NCBI RefSeq assembly: GCF_054482595.1
Contig: NZ_CM137008.1
DNA: 64,000 bases
Direction: 5' to 3' (one strand)
Shown: piece after piece, positions 34,505 to 46,896 of the stretch
Layout: each line of letters starts with the position of its first letter
Numbering within the stretch: the stretch's first letter is position 1
Program-made: the position numbers and the translations under genes
The notes under the pieces: generated by a model
Told to the model about the DNA's origin: nothing
The model's input: only the letters and a program-made list of their open reading frames with translations
Databases searched by the model: none

Positions 34505-35168
34505 AGCGTGCTTCCTGCATTTCTCCGGCATGCGGTTGCAGTGTAATCACTTTATCCGCATGATTAATTTCGTCTTTATCGTGTGTCACCCACAGCACGG
34601 CAATATTTTGCTCGCGCACATAACGATGGATCATCTCATTAACGTTATGTTTATTACTTTCATCCAGCGCACTGGTGATTTCATCCAGCAATAAAACCTT
34701 CGGCATAAATTGCAGGTTACGAATCAGTGAGATGCGTTGTTTTTCACCACCAGATAGCTCGGCGATATTTTTCGTCAAAATGCTGTCCGGCAAAGCGAAG
34801 CGTTCGAGAAAATCGAGAAAAATGGCCGGGTCAGGCTGCTGGTTACGGATCTGCCAGGGAAAGATCAGATTATCGTATACCGTATCGCCAAACAGCGTCG
34901 GCGTCTGGGCGCAGTAAGAGACTTGCTGGCGGTAGATTTCTGGCTTTAGTGTGCTGACATCCTCACCTTCAAACAGTAACGTTCCGCTGGTTGGGCTGAT
35001 CAATGAAGCAACTATTTTTAGCAGCGTACTTTTGCCACAACCGGAAGGACCGGTAATTAACTTAAATTCGCCAGCACGCAGCGAAAAATTGATGTTATTA
35101 AGAATCTTCGCATCACCCGCCAGATATCCTACGTTTTGTAGCTGAAGCAAAGGACTATTTTCCTGCAT
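34491..35168 (-). CDS. fetA: iron export ABC ATPase
   Basis: Walker A GPSGCGKST, LSGGEKQR signature; start taken at second Met (MQENSPLL). Confidence 0.88.
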   Translation of the reverse strand: MQENSPLLQLQNVGYLAGDAKILNNINFSLRAGEFKLITGPSGCGKSTLLKIVASLISPTSGTLLFEGEDVSTLKPEIYRQQVSYCAQTPTLFGDTVYDNLIFPWQIRNQQPDPAIFLDFLERFALPDSILTKNIAELSGGEKQRISLIRNLQFMPKVLLLDEITSALDESNKHNVNEMIHRYVREQNIAVLWVTHDKDEINHADKVITLQPHAGEMQEARYELA

Positions 35169-35313
35169 CACTGTTCCCTTTTTCTGATTTTTACTAAAAA
35201 CAGTTTATCCTTCGCAGGAATAAGGGGGAACTCTCTTTCAGTAATCAGGTATAATTTGTTTAATCAAGCAGCAATTTTGCTGATTATGGACGGTACAACA
35301 GGAGGTTTTTCCG

Positions 35314-36231
35314 ATGCTTATCTTTATCCCGATTCTCATTTTTGTCGCGCTGGTCATTGTCGGCGCGGGCGTCAAAATCGTGCCGCAGGGCTATCAATGG
35401 ACGGTAGAACGTTTTGGTCGCTATACCAAAACGTTACAGCCGGGGCTCAGTCTGGTGGTGCCGTTTATGGATCGCATTGGTCGCAAGATCAATATGATGG
35501 AGCAAGTGCTCGATATCCCTTCCCAGGAAGTTATCTCGAAAGATAACGCCAACGTTACCATCGACGCAGTCTGTTTTATTCAGGTGATTGACGCGCCGCG
35601 CGCGGCTTATGAAGTCAGCAATCTGGAGCTGGCGATCATCAACCTGACCATGACTAACATCCGTACCGTGTTGGGTTCAATGGAACTTGACGAAATGCTC
35701 TCTCAGCGCGACAGCATCAACTCACGCCTGCTGCGTATTGTCGATGAAGCCACCAACCCGTGGGGGATTAAAGTCACCCGTATTGAAATTCGCGACGTGC
35801 GCCCACCGGCAGAGCTTATCTCTTCAATGAACGCGCAGATGAAAGCGGAACGTACCAAACGCGCTTACATTCTTGAAGCGGAAGGGATCCGTCAGGCGGA
35901 AATCCTCAAAGCCGAAGGTGAAAAACAGTCGCAAATCCTGAAAGCGGAAGGCGAACGTCAGTCGGCGTTTTTACAGGCTGAAGCGCGTGAACGTTCCGCC
36001 GAAGCAGAAGCCCGCGCCACCAAAATGGTGTCTGAAGCTATCGCCTCCGGTGATATTCAGGCGGTGAACTACTTCGTAGCGCAGAAATACACCGAAGCGT
36101 TACAGCAGATCGGTTCCTCCAGTAACAGCAAAGTAGTGATGATGCCATTAGAGGCCAGCAGCCTGATGGGGTCGATTGCCGGGATTGCCGAGCTGGTGAA
36201 AGACAGCGCCAACAAACGGACTCAGCCATGA
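35314..36231 (+). CDS. qmcA: SPFH/band-7 (stomatin-like) membrane protein
   Basis: 305-aa ORF, N-terminal TM then SPFH domain. Confidence 0.9.
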
Positions 36232-36686
36232 TGGAGTTAATGGTCGTTCATCCACATATTTTCTGGCTCAGTCTCGGCGGTTTGCTGCTGGCAGCCGAGA
36301 TGCTGGGCGGAAATGGTTATTTGTTGTGGAGCGGCGTGGCAGCGGTGATTACCGGCCTGGTGGTCTGGCTGGTGCCGCTGGGTTGGGAGTGGCAAGGGGT
36401 AATGTTTGCCATCCTGACGCTGCTCGCCGCCTGGCTGTGGTGGAAATGGTTGTCGCGGCGGGTGCGCGAACAAAAGCACAGCGATAGTCATTTAAACCAG
36501 CGCGGGCAGCAGCTGATTGGCCGACGTTTTGTGCTGGAATCTCCGCTGGTCAACGGGCGCGGTCATATGCGCGTCGGTGACAGTTCATGGCCTGTCAGCG
36601 CCAGCGAGGATCTCGGTGCAGGTACGCATGTTGAAGTCATTGCGATAGAAGGGATAACCCTACATATCCGAGCCGTCTCGTCTTAA
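36228..36686 (+). CDS. ybbJ: NfeD-like membrane protein, partner of QmcA
   Basis: 152-aa ORF, ATGA overlap with qmcA stop. Confidence 0.88.
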
Positions 36687-37094
36687 TCACCCTGCCCGAT
36701 GATGACAGCAGCCGGAGAGATTTTCGATAATCGGGCAGTCGGCGCTGTCATCGCCAGGGCAGGCATTCGCCAGTGCCAGCAGCTGGTCGCGCATGGATTG
36801 CAGCTCCTCAATGTGTCGTTCGATCTCCGCCACCTTCTCCAGCGTGCGCCGTTTGACGTCGGCGCTGTGCCGCTGCGGGTCGTTAAACAGATTCACCAGC
36901 TCGCCGCTCTCTTCCAGGTTAAAGCCCACCTGCCGTGCCTGGCGCAGTAAGGTCAGTTCGTTGAGATGCTGCTGCGTGTAGGTGCGATAACCGTTTTCGC
37001 TGCGCATCGGCGGCGTCACCAGCCCCTTCTCTTCATAGAAGCGAATGGCTTTGCTGGTCAGGCCGGTAATTTTTGCTACATCGCTGATGTTCAT
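36687..37094 (-). CDS. cueR: MerR-family Cu(I)-responsive regulator
   Basis: 135-aa ORF; MerR HTH N-terminus, C-terminal CxxxxxxxC metal site. Confidence 0.92.
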
Positions 37095-37218
37095 CGTTCG
37101 CGCAACGCCTCCTGTGCTTTGTTAAAGGGTTTCAACAGATATTCAAGCACGTTTTTTTGCCAGTGCGAATATCGACCGCCACCACAATAATACAGGAAGT
37201 ACTGCGCACAGAGAGATG

Positions 37219-38511
37219 TTATACGGTTTTATTGCGCTTCATGACCATTGCCACAATAAGGCTGAGTAAGAGTGAGCCAATAATCCATATCAACGCACGG
37301 CTACCCTGGGACCACAGACTGTAGATAAAGCCAACGATCACCAACAACATCACCAACGTACCAACGATAAGAATCGGCAACGAGGCGTGAATATCATGAC
37401 GCAGGCGGATCGCCACCACAAACACCGCCAGGTAGCAAATCAAAAAGGTGGCGCTGGCAACACTGGCGAGTGAGCCTAAATTTAGCGCCGCCGTCATCAG
37501 CATAATCAACACCACGACAATGATGTTGCCCCAGGTACTCTGCCGCCACAGGGATTTATTCATTAGCTTCGGCAGTTCGCGTTCGCTGCCCATGTTGTCC
37601 ATGATGTTAAACACGGCGAACAGGTTCGCGTTAATGGCTGAAGCCGTCGCCAGTAAAGCGCCGATGACGACGATCACATAACCCACATGTCCGAGCAGCG
37701 GAGAAGCAGCCTGCGCTACGGCGGTATCGGCATATTTTTCTAACTCTAATGCCGATACATCGCTAAGCAAAACCAGTGCCAGCGAGATATAAAGCAACGT
37801 GGTAACGCCAATCGCCACCAGAAACGCCCGCGGCATAATGACCTGCGGATCTTTCACTTTATCCGCCGCGTTCGCCATCATGCCAAAGCCCGCATAGGCA
37901 AGGAAGGTTATCCCGATACAGGAGAAGAACGCACCGGAGCTGGGGGGCGCAGAGACGGAAATATGCGCCGGTTGCAGCGACCAGACACCGGCAATAATCA
38001 GCAATAACAGGATCATCATTTTAATGCCGACGAGGATCACTTCCAGCCGCCCTACCGCATGGTTGCTTAAGGAGTTGAAAAGCGTCATCACCGCAATGAT
38101 CCCCAACGCGTAGAGCAAAATAAGGTGCTCCTCCTGGCTGCCTTCATGCAAAAACTGCACGGCATAAGCGCCAAAAGCACGGGCGACCATAGCGATGCTC
38201 ACCGCCAGCGTCAACAGGTACAGTAACGAGAGCGCCAGCGAAAAGACGCCGTTGCCTAATCCGCGACGAAAGAAGTCGATAATGCCGCCATTGCTGGGAT
38301 AGCTCGCCCCCAGACGCGCATAGGCATAACCGGAAAACATCGCCACAATACCGCCAAAAGCAAAGGCGACCCAGGTCGAGGCTTCCATTAGCAACGCAGC
38401 CTGCCCCAGCAGCGCGAAGATCCCCGCCCCCACCATTGCCCCAATACCGATGGAAACGACATTCCATAGACCGAGGGGTTTGTTACCGTTATTACCTTCC
38501 GTGTTCATCAT
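37219..38511 (-). CDS. ybaT: APC-family amino acid transporter
   Basis: 430-aa polytopic membrane ORF; 2-nt gap to glsA. Confidence 0.88.
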   Translation of the reverse strand: MMNTEGNNGNKPLGLWNVVSIGIGAMVGAGIFALLGQAALLMEASTWVAFAFGGIVAMFSGYAYARLGASYPSNGGIIDFFRRGLGNGVFSLALSLLYLLTLAVSIAMVARAFGAYAVQFLHEGSQEEHLILLYALGIIAVMTLFNSLSNHAVGRLEVILVGIKMMILLLLIIAGVWSLQPAHISVSAPPSSGAFFSCIGITFLAYAGFGMMANAADKVKDPQVIMPRAFLVAIGVTTLLYISLALVLLSDVSALELEKYADTAVAQAASPLLGHVGYVIVVIGALLATASAINANLFAVFNIMDNMGSERELPKLMNKSLWRQSTWGNIIVVVLIMLMTAALNLGSLASVASATFLICYLAVFVVAIRLRHDIHASLPILIVGTLVMLLVIVGFIYSLWSQGSRALIWIIGSLLLSLIVAMVMKRNKTV

Positions 38512-38513
38512 GA

Positions 38514-39446
38514 TCAGCCCTTAAACACGTTATAGCCGAGTTGCTTAGCGACCGATGCCACCATTTTTTGACCGCGAACACTGTTGCCTTCTTCGTCCAG
38601 CGGTGGTGAGAACGCGGCAATTCCCATCACACCAGGGACGACCGCCAGAATACCGCCACCTACACCGCTTTTGCCCGGTAAACCAACGCGATATGCCCAG
38701 TCACCGGAGCGACCATACAGCCCTTCCATCATCATTTCGGCCAGAATGTACGGCACGTTATCGGCCTGAAGAACGCGTTTATGCGTCAGCGGATTCACTC
38801 CCCCCGCCGCCAGCGTCGCGCCAAGTGTTGCCAGTTCAACAGTATTGAGGAGCGTGGAGCACTGACGGGTGTACACGTCACAGGCTTCCATTGCATCACA
38901 ATAGAGATATCCGGCGGAGTACAGCAGCCAGGCAATGGCCCGGTTATGGAAGTTGGTTGTTTGTTCCGACTGGTTGACTTCGTCAGAGAGCGCTACCTGC
39001 TCACCAGCCAGTTGCTGTTGGATATGTAAAATTCGCTGCCAGCGTTGTTCAACATTTTCAGCGTTAATCAGGCTGGTGGTGGCAATGGCACCAGCATTTA
39101 CCAGTGGCGAAAGCGGTTTGCCGCCATGCAACTCTAAGGCGATAACTGAGTTAAAGGGCAATCCGGTCGGGTCAGCGCCAATTTTGTCCTGTACCGCCTG
39201 CGGGCCGACATCCTCTAACGCAAGGGCTAACGTACAGACTTTCGAGATGGATTCCAGCGCAAAGCGGTAATCACTGTCACCCGCACTATAGACCTTGCCA
39301 TCGCAGGTCACGATAGCCACTGCCGCCAGTTGACCAGGCACATTCGCCAGAAAGGGAATGTAGTCGGCATTTTGACCGCCGTTAAGTGAGTGAAATTGGG
39401 TGTAAGCCTGATCCACTGCCTGCTGTAATTTGTTTGCATCTAACAT
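38514..39446 (-). CDS. glsA: glutaminase 1
   Basis: 310-aa ORF; serine-dependent glutaminase family; synteny. Confidence 0.9.
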   Translation of the reverse strand: MLDANKLQQAVDQAYTQFHSLNGGQNADYIPFLANVPGQLAAVAIVTCDGKVYSAGDSDYRFALESISKVCTLALALEDVGPQAVQDKIGADPTGLPFNSVIALELHGGKPLSPLVNAGAIATTSLINAENVEQRWQRILHIQQQLAGEQVALSDEVNQSEQTTNFHNRAIAWLLYSAGYLYCDAMEACDVYTRQCSTLLNTVELATLGATLAAGGVNPLTHKRVLQADNVPYILAEMMMEGLYGRSGDWAYRVGLPGKSGVGGGILAVVPGVMGIAAFSPPLDEEGNSVRGQKMVASVAKQLGYNVFKG

Positions 39447-39636
39447 CTTTTGTTAACTCCTTTTTATAGATGCGGGAGGTAATTCCTCACCCCGGTGCCG
39501 ATTTTGAGGCATCCTGATTTAACTTAGCACCCGCAACTTAACTACAGGAAAACAAAGAGATAAATGTCTAATCCTGATGCAAATTGAGCCAATTTTTTAA
39601 TCTTTACGGACTTTTACTCGCCTGGTTTATTAATTT

Positions 39637-39670
39637 CTTGACCTTCCCCTTGCTGGAAGGTTTAACCTTT
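39637..39670 (+). promoter_or_regulatory. copA promoter with CueR operator dyad
   Basis: TTGACC -35, then dyad ACCTTCC-N7-GGAAGGT within a long MerR-type spacer, then TTTAACC. Confidence 0.7.
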
Positions 39671-39707
39671 ATCACAGCCAGTCAAAACTGTCTTAAAGGA
39701 GTGTTTT

Positions 39708-42212
39708 ATGTCACAAATTATCGACCTGACCCTGGACGGCCTGTCCTGCGGTCACTGCGTTAAACGCGTGAAAGAAAGTCTCGAACAGCGCCCGGATGTG
39801 GAACAAGCGGATGTGTCTATCACTGAAGCGCACGTTACCGGGACTGCCAGTGCAGAACAGCTGATCGAAACCATCAAACAAGCGGGTTATGACGCATCTG
39901 TAAGCCACCCAAAGGCTAAACCGCTGGCGGAGTCATCAATCCCGTCGGAAGCACTGACAGCGGTTTCTGAGGCGCTTCCGGCAGCGACCGCCGATGACGA
40001 TGACAGCCAGCAGTTGCTGCTGAGCGGCATGAGCTGCGCCAGCTGTGTCACCCGCGTACAAAATGCGCTGCAAAGCGTACCGGGCGTCACTCAGGCACGG
40101 GTAAACCTGGCGGAGCGTACTGCGCTGGTGATGGGCAGTGCCTCCCCACAAGATTTAGTGCAGGCGGTGGAAAAAGCGGGCTACGGTGCGGAAGCGATTG
40201 AAGATGACGCTAAACGCCGCGAGCGCCAGCAAGAAACCGCCGTAGCTACGATGAAGCGCTTCCGCTGGCAGGCAATTGTTGCACTGGCTGTGGGTATCCC
40301 GGTAATGGTCTGGGGGATGATCGGCGATAACATGATGGTCACCGCTGACAACCGCAGCTTGTGGTTAGTTATCGGCCTGATAACCCTGGCAGTGATGGTT
40401 TTCGCCGGCGGCCATTTTTACCGCAGTGCATGGAAAAGCCTGCTGAACGGTGCAGCGACGATGGATACGCTGGTGGCGCTGGGAACGGGTGTGGCGTGGC
40501 TCTATTCGATGAGCGTCAACCTGTGGCCGCAGTGGTTCCCGATGGAAGCGCGGCATCTTTACTATGAAGCCAGTGCGATGATTATCGGTCTGATTAATCT
40601 CGGCCATATGCTGGAAGCGCGCGCACGTCAGCGTTCTTCTAAGGCGCTGGAGAAATTACTCGATTTAACCCCACCGACGGCGCGCCTGGTTACTGACGAA
40701 GGTGAAAAAAGCGTGCCTCTGGCGGAAGTGCAGCCAGGTATGTTGCTGCGCCTGACGACCGGCGATCGCGTGCCGGTAGATGGCGAGATTACCCAGGGCG
40801 AAGCATGGCTGGATGAAGCGATGCTGACGGGCGAACCAATCCCGCAGCAAAAAGGCGAAGGCGAAAGCGTCCATGCCGGGACAGTGGTACAGGACGGTAG
40901 CGTGCTGTTTCGTGCCAGTGCGGTTGGCAGCCATACCACGCTGTCACGGATCATTCGCATGGTGCGCCAGGCCCAGAGCAGCAAGCCAGAAATCGGTCAG
41001 CTGGCGGATAAAATCTCAGCCGTATTTGTACCTGTGGTGGTGGTGATTGCGCTGGTCAGTGCGGCAATCTGGTACTTCTTTGGTCCGGCACCGCAAATTG
41101 TTTATACCCTGGTGATTGCCACCACGGTACTGATTATCGCCTGTCCGTGTGCGCTGGGGCTGGCGACGCCGATGTCGATTATTTCCGGCGTCGGGCGGGC
41201 GGCTGAGTTTGGCGTGCTGGTGCGGGACGCCGACGCGCTGCAACGCGCCAGTACACTCGATACCGTCGTGTTCGATAAAACCGGGACGCTGACCGAAGGG
41301 AAGCCGCAGGTTGTCGCAGTGAAAACGTTTGCTGATGTTGATGAAGCGCAGGCATTGCGTCTGGCGGCGGCACTGGAGCAAGGTTCCAGCCATCCGCTGG
41401 CACGGGCGATCCTCGATAAAGCAGGTGATATGCAGCTGCCGCAGGTCAACGGTTTCCGCACATTGCGCGGGCTGGGCGTGAGCGGTGAAGCTGAAGGTCA
41501 TGCGTTATTGCTGGGCAATCAGGCGCTGTTAAATGAGCAACAGGTTGGTACCAAAGCTATCGAAGCGGAGATTACTGCTCAGGCATCGCAAGGAGCAACG
41601 CCTGTGCTGCTGGCGATTGACGGGAAAGCAGTAGCCCTGCTGGCTGTACGCGATCCGTTGCGTAGTGATAGCGTGGCGGCGCTGCAACGCCTGCATAAAG
41701 CGGGATATCGTCTGGTGATGTTGACCGGGGATAACCCAACCACCGCCAATGCGATCGCCAAAGAAGCCGGGATTGATGAGGTGATAGCCGGGGTGCTGCC
41801 GGACGGTAAAGCCGAAGCGATTAAACGCCTGCAAAGTGAAGGACGTCAGGTGGCAATGGTGGGCGACGGCATTAACGACGCGCCAGCGCTGGCTCAGGCG
41901 GATGTCGGCATTGCGATGGGTGGCGGCAGTGATGTTGCTATTGAAACCGCGGCGATTACCCTGATGCGCCATAGCCTGATGGGCGTTGCGGATGCGCTCG
42001 CTATTTCCCGCGCAACGCTGCGCAACATGAAGCAGAACCTGCTCGGCGCGTTTATCTACAACAGCATCGGTATTCCGGTTGCCGCCGGTATTTTGTGGCC
42101 GTTTACTGGAACACTGCTTAACCCGGTGGTTGCCGGAGCGGCAATGGCGCTCTCGTCGATTACCGTAGTGAGTAACGCCAACCGGTTGCTGCGGTTTAAA
42201 CCGAAGGAATAA
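39708..42212 (+). CDS. copA: Cu(I)-translocating P1B-type ATPase
   Basis: 834-aa ORF: two N-terminal CxxC domains (GLSCGHC, GMSCASC), [16 protein letters not shown]. Confidence 0.95.
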   Translation: MSQIIDLTLDGLSCGHCVKRVKESLEQRPDVEQADVSITEAHVTGTASAEQLIETIKQAGYDASVSHPKAKPLAESSIPSEALTAVSEALPAATADDDDSQQLLLSGMSCASCVTRVQNALQSVPGVTQARVNLAERTALVMGSASPQDLVQAVEKAGYGAEAIEDDAKRRERQQETAVATMKRFRWQAIVALAVGIPVMVWGMIGDNMMVTADNRSLWLVIGLITLAVMVFAGGHFYRSAWKSLLNGAATMDTLVALGTGVAWLYSMSVNLWPQWFPMEARHLYYEASAMIIGLINLGHMLEARARQRSSKALEKLLDLTPPTARLVTDEGEKSVPLAEVQPGMLLRLTTGDRVPVDGEITQGEAWLDEAMLTGEPIPQQKGEGESVHAGTVVQDGSVLFRASAVGSHTTLSRIIRMVRQAQSSKPEIGQLADKISAVFVPVVVVIALVSAAIWYFFGPAPQIVYTLVIATTVLIIACPCALGLATPMSIISGVGRAAEFGVLVRDADALQRASTLDTVVFDKTGTLTEGKPQVVAVKTFADVDEAQALRLAAALEQGSSHPLARAILDKAGDMQLPQVNGFRTLRGLGVSGEAEGHALLLGNQALLNEQQVGTKAIEAEITAQASQGATPVLLAIDGKAVALLAVRDPLRSDSVAALQRLHKAGYRLVMLTGDNPTTANAIAKEAGIDEVIAGVLPDGKAEAIKRLQSEGRQVAMVGDGINDAPALAQADVGIAMGGGSDVAIETAAITLMRHSLMGVADALAISRATLRNMKQNLLGAFIYNSIGIPVAAGILWPFTGTLLNPVVAGAAMALSSITVVSNANRLLRFKPKE

Positions 42213-42269
42213 GTACGTCATTGCGGATGCGCTGCTTTAGGGCGGCGCATTTGGCATCGACGCATGACT

Positions 42270-43010
<741 letters not shown>

Positions 43011-43032
43011 GAGATGAAGCGATGTTTTGGCC

Positions 43033-43375
43033 TTACGCGACCTTTTTTGCACGCTCTTCACGGCGTGCCAAATATTCAGCCACTGTTTCAATCCGTCCCA
43101 ATTCTTCCTGGGTACGCATGTTGTTTTCAACTTCCCAAAGATCAACTGCCGCCTGGAGGTTTAGCCAAAAATCGACTGTGGTATCAAAAACTTTCGCCAG
43201 ACGGAATGCCATTTCAGTGGTGAGTTTACGATTATTATTGATCAGTGTACTGACGTTATTACGATGAACATGCAGCAACTCTGCTAACTCATTGATTTTC
43301 AAAGCGAGCGGTTCCAGATTATTCATAGAGAAGAATATCTCCGGGTGTCGTCGGTTTTCTTGTTGCCTGTTTCAT
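43033..43375 (-). pseudogene. ybaQ: HigA/Xre-like HTH regulator, apparently frameshifted
   Basis: 18-codon ORF from ATG 43375 (MKQATRKPTTPGDILLYE) stops at TAA 43321-43319, overlapping the 97-aa HTH ORF (43326-43033) in the +1 frame. Confidence 0.6.
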
Positions 43376-43512
43376 AGTTTTTAACTGTTGCTTCCCTGTG
43401 AATAGCGATACAAGAACATACTGAATCATACAAACACATTAAACAAGTCCCCAACTCCATTTGCGCCATTCCTCCCCGCGCGCTAGCATGATATTTCACA
43501 AAGGGAGGTCGT

Positions 43513-44307
43513 ATGGATCTGTTGTACCGGGTAAAAACGCTTTGGGCCGCGCTGCGCGGTAATCATTACTCCTGGCCTGCCATCGATATCACCCTCCCCG
43601 GCAATCGCCATTTTCATCTGATTGGCAGTATTCATATGGGTAGCCACGATATGGCTCCCCTGCCCGCCCGTTTGCTCAAAAAGCTCAAAAACGCCGATGC
43701 GCTGATCGTCGAGGCGGATGTTTCCACCAGCGATACGCCTTTTGCTAATTTGCCTGCCTGCGAGGCGCTGGAAGAGCGTATTAGCGAGGAGCAATTACAA
43801 AATCTGCAGCACATTAGCCAGGTGATGGGCATTTCTCCGTCACTCTTTTCTACCCAACCGCTGTGGCAAATCGCGATGGTTCTTCAGGCGACGCAGGCAC
43901 AAAAACTGGGGCTGCGGGCAGAATACGGTATCGATTACCAGTTATTGCAGGCGGCGAAGCAACAACATAAACCCGTGATTGAACTGGAAGGGGCTGAAAA
44001 CCAGATTGCCATGTTGCTCCAGCTCCCTGACAAAGGACTGGCGCTGCTGGACGATACGCTGACCCACTGGCATACCAACGCACGGTTGCTGCAACAAATG
44101 ATGAGCTGGTGGCTGAATGCGCCGCCGCAAAATAATGAAATAACGCTGCCCAATACGTTCAGTCAGTCGCTGTACGATGTGCTGATGCATCAGCGAAATC
44201 TCGCCTGGCGGGATAAATTACGCGCCATGCCGCCGGGGCGATATGTGGTCGCGGTCGGTGCACTACACCTGTATGGAGAAGGGAATTTGCCGCAAATGTT
44301 GCGCTAA
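43513..44307 (+). CDS. ybaP: TraB/GumN-family protein
   Basis: 264-aa ORF; synteny. Confidence 0.88.
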   Translation: MDLLYRVKTLWAALRGNHYSWPAIDITLPGNRHFHLIGSIHMGSHDMAPLPARLLKKLKNADALIVEADVSTSDTPFANLPACEALEERISEEQLQNLQHISQVMGISPSLFSTQPLWQIAMVLQATQAQKLGLRAEYGIDYQLLQAAKQQHKPVIELEGAENQIAMLLQLPDKGLALLDDTLTHWHTNARLLQQMMSWWLNAPPQNNEITLPNTFSQSLYDVLMHQRNLAWRDKLRAMPPGRYVVAVGALHLYGEGNLPQMLR

Positions 44308-44389
44308 AAAAATGGCCAATATCGCTATTGGCCCGTCAAAGAGGAATTTCATTTTTTTATTATTATGCCGTCACTTTAAGCGACGGTGT
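44306..44389 (-). ncRNA. chiX: ChiX (MicM/SroB) Hfq-dependent sRNA
   Basis: Minus strand reads ACACCGUCGCUUAAAGUGACGGCAUAAUAAUAAAAAAAUGAAAUUCCUCUUUGACGGGCCAAUAGCGAUAUUGGCCAUUUUUUU, 84 nt, matching remembered ChiX. Confidence 0.85.
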
Positions 44390-44495
44390 AACTCGATTGT
44401 CGCTCAATCTCACCATCCTGCCAATACTCTTAGGCAAGATGACTCTTTTTTTTGGACCGCCATCAGGCGTATGCTTGCTTCGTTTTTTTGTTTAA

Positions 44496-44990
<495 letters not shown>

Positions 44991-44996
44991 GCATTG

Positions 44997-45025
44997 TGCC
45001 GGATGCGAACATCCGGCACTTTCGG
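44997..45025 (+). terminator. hairpin terminator between convergent ybaK and ushA
   Basis: gtgccggatg-cgaa-catccggcac then TTTCGG. Confidence 0.5.
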
Positions 45026-45026
45026 A

Positions 45027-46679
45027 TTACTGCCAGCTCACCTCACCTTTCGGTTCATAAACACTCACATCCAGCGGCGAGCTTTTCTGGATATACGCTT
45101 TCAGCACTTCGGCATCAATAAAGCCGGTATTCACATAGCCCGGTTTGTTATCAAGGCGCGGATAGCCATCACCGCCGGTGGCATTGAAGTTTAATGTCGC
45201 CATACGGTAAGTTTTCGCTGGATCGACCGGTTCGCCTTTGATTTTAAGGTCGTTCAGTTTGCCGTCTTTCGACACAAAGCTAACGTTGGCAAATTGCGGG
45301 TAGGCACCTGAATCTGGCTTCATCTGCGCGACGGCGGTCAGGTAATCAATCACCTCTTTACCGGTCATGTCGGCATACACCACCACATTGCCGAATGGCT
45401 GCACTTTCAGCACGTTTTTATAGCTGATATCGCCTGCTTCGATAGAATCACGAATTCCGCCTCCGCTCATCACCGCAAAGTCGGCACCAGTGCGATCCAT
45501 TTGTGCTGCCAGAATTAACCGCCCCATATTGGTCTGTACAAAACGCACTTTGTCACGATCGCCTTCCAGACGACCATTGGTTTCGCCTATTTTCACTTCC
45601 AGCTGCGCTTTGCCTTTGTTCTGGAACGGTGATAACAGCGAGATCATTTGCTGGTTTTCAGCGATTTCAGGAGTGTAAAGCACGCGCTCGCTTTTCCCGT
45701 CTTCCCAGGTCACTTTCTTCTTCAGGTTCACCGGAATCAGCTGGTAGTTAACCATTTTCATTTCGCCATTACGAAACTCAAAATCAGCCCGTCCCACGTA
45801 TTTGCCCCACTCATGCGCCTGCACAATCCAGATGCCGTTTTGTTGATCTGGTTTGCATGGCGTACCCGGCACGTAATCGACCTGTTTTTTGTTTTCTGCC
45901 GCCATGCAGACCGGATCTTGCGAGTGACCACCGACGATCATCGCCAGCGATCCGGCAGGCAGCGCGCGTGCCATCTCCACATCGCCCGGTGCGTTAGAGC
46001 CGTGCTCACCATTATCGTAATGCCCCATATGGGTCGCCGCGATAATAATGTCTGGCTTTTCTGTCTGTTGCAGCTCCTGAATCACCAGCTTCGCTTCATC
46101 GGCGGGCTTACGAAATTCGACATCAGTGAAGTATTCCGGGTTACCAATTTTTGCTGTGTCATCGGTTGTCAGCCCAATGACGGCAATTTTCAGATCCTGA
46201 CGCTTAAACAGCGCCCACGGTTTAAACAGGCGCTCGCCAGTACTTTTCTGGTAGATATTCGCGGAAAGCAACGGGAACTTGGCCCACTTTTCCTGCTGGC
46301 GTAATACGGTGAGCGGATTATCAAATTCATGATTACCGATCGCCATCGCGTCATAGCCCACCAGATTCATACCGCGAAAATCAGGTTCGGCATCCTGTAA
46401 GTCAGACTCGGGCACGCCAGTGTTAATGTCGCCACCGGAAAGTAGCAGCACGCTACCGCCTTCAGCCGCAACCTCTTTGCGGATACCATCCACCAGCGTT
46501 TTTTGCGCCGCCAGACCATATTCGCCATATTCATTGCGCCAAAAATGCCCATGATGATCATTGGTATGCAGAACTGTAATTTTGTAGGTTTTATCCTGCT
46601 CATACGCCAGAGCAGTTTCACTCGCCAGTGTAAATGTGGTTAACAGCGCTAACGCCACGCCCCGCTGCAATAATTTCAT
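45027..46679 (-). CDS. ushA: periplasmic UDP-sugar hydrolase / 5'-nucleotidase
   Basis: 550-aa ORF with signal peptide and metallophosphoesterase motifs (DHHGH, GNHEFD). Confidence 0.92.
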   Translation of the reverse strand: MKLLQRGVALALLTTFTLASETALAYEQDKTYKITVLHTNDHHGHFWRNEYGEYGLAAQKTLVDGIRKEVAAEGGSVLLLSGGDINTGVPESDLQDAEPDFRGMNLVGYDAMAIGNHEFDNPLTVLRQQEKWAKFPLLSANIYQKSTGERLFKPWALFKRQDLKIAVIGLTTDDTAKIGNPEYFTDVEFRKPADEAKLVIQELQQTEKPDIIIAATHMGHYDNGEHGSNAPGDVEMARALPAGSLAMIVGGHSQDPVCMAAENKKQVDYVPGTPCKPDQQNGIWIVQAHEWGKYVGRADFEFRNGEMKMVNYQLIPVNLKKKVTWEDGKSERVLYTPEIAENQQMISLLSPFQNKGKAQLEVKIGETNGRLEGDRDKVRFVQTNMGRLILAAQMDRTGADFAVMSGGGIRDSIEAGDISYKNVLKVQPFGNVVVYADMTGKEVIDYLTAVAQMKPDSGAYPQFANVSFVSKDGKLNDLKIKGEPVDPAKTYRMATLNFNATGGDGYPRLDNKPGYVNTGFIDAEVLKAYIQKSSPLDVSVYEPKGEVSWQ

Positions 46680-46896
46680 ACTTCTCTCCCTGACCTGATT
46701 TCAACGTGTTGAAAAATAGTATGACGCGACATCATAGACAAGTCTGCGTCCGGTGAAGATAAATCTGCATCCAGATTAGAAATTCTGTATTCGGCGTTGA
46801 GACTTCCTTCAGGCGACGCATACAGGTATGTTAGTCGGGTAATAATCACAAATAAGATCATTCTTTACATCGCAACCCTGAAAAAGTGACTTTCCT

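Noticed and set aside
40361-42221. Multiple antisense ORFs inside copA (up to 230 aa)
   Set aside because: copA is a complete P-type ATPase with all catalytic motifs in frame; the antisense frames are Arg-rich GC artefacts
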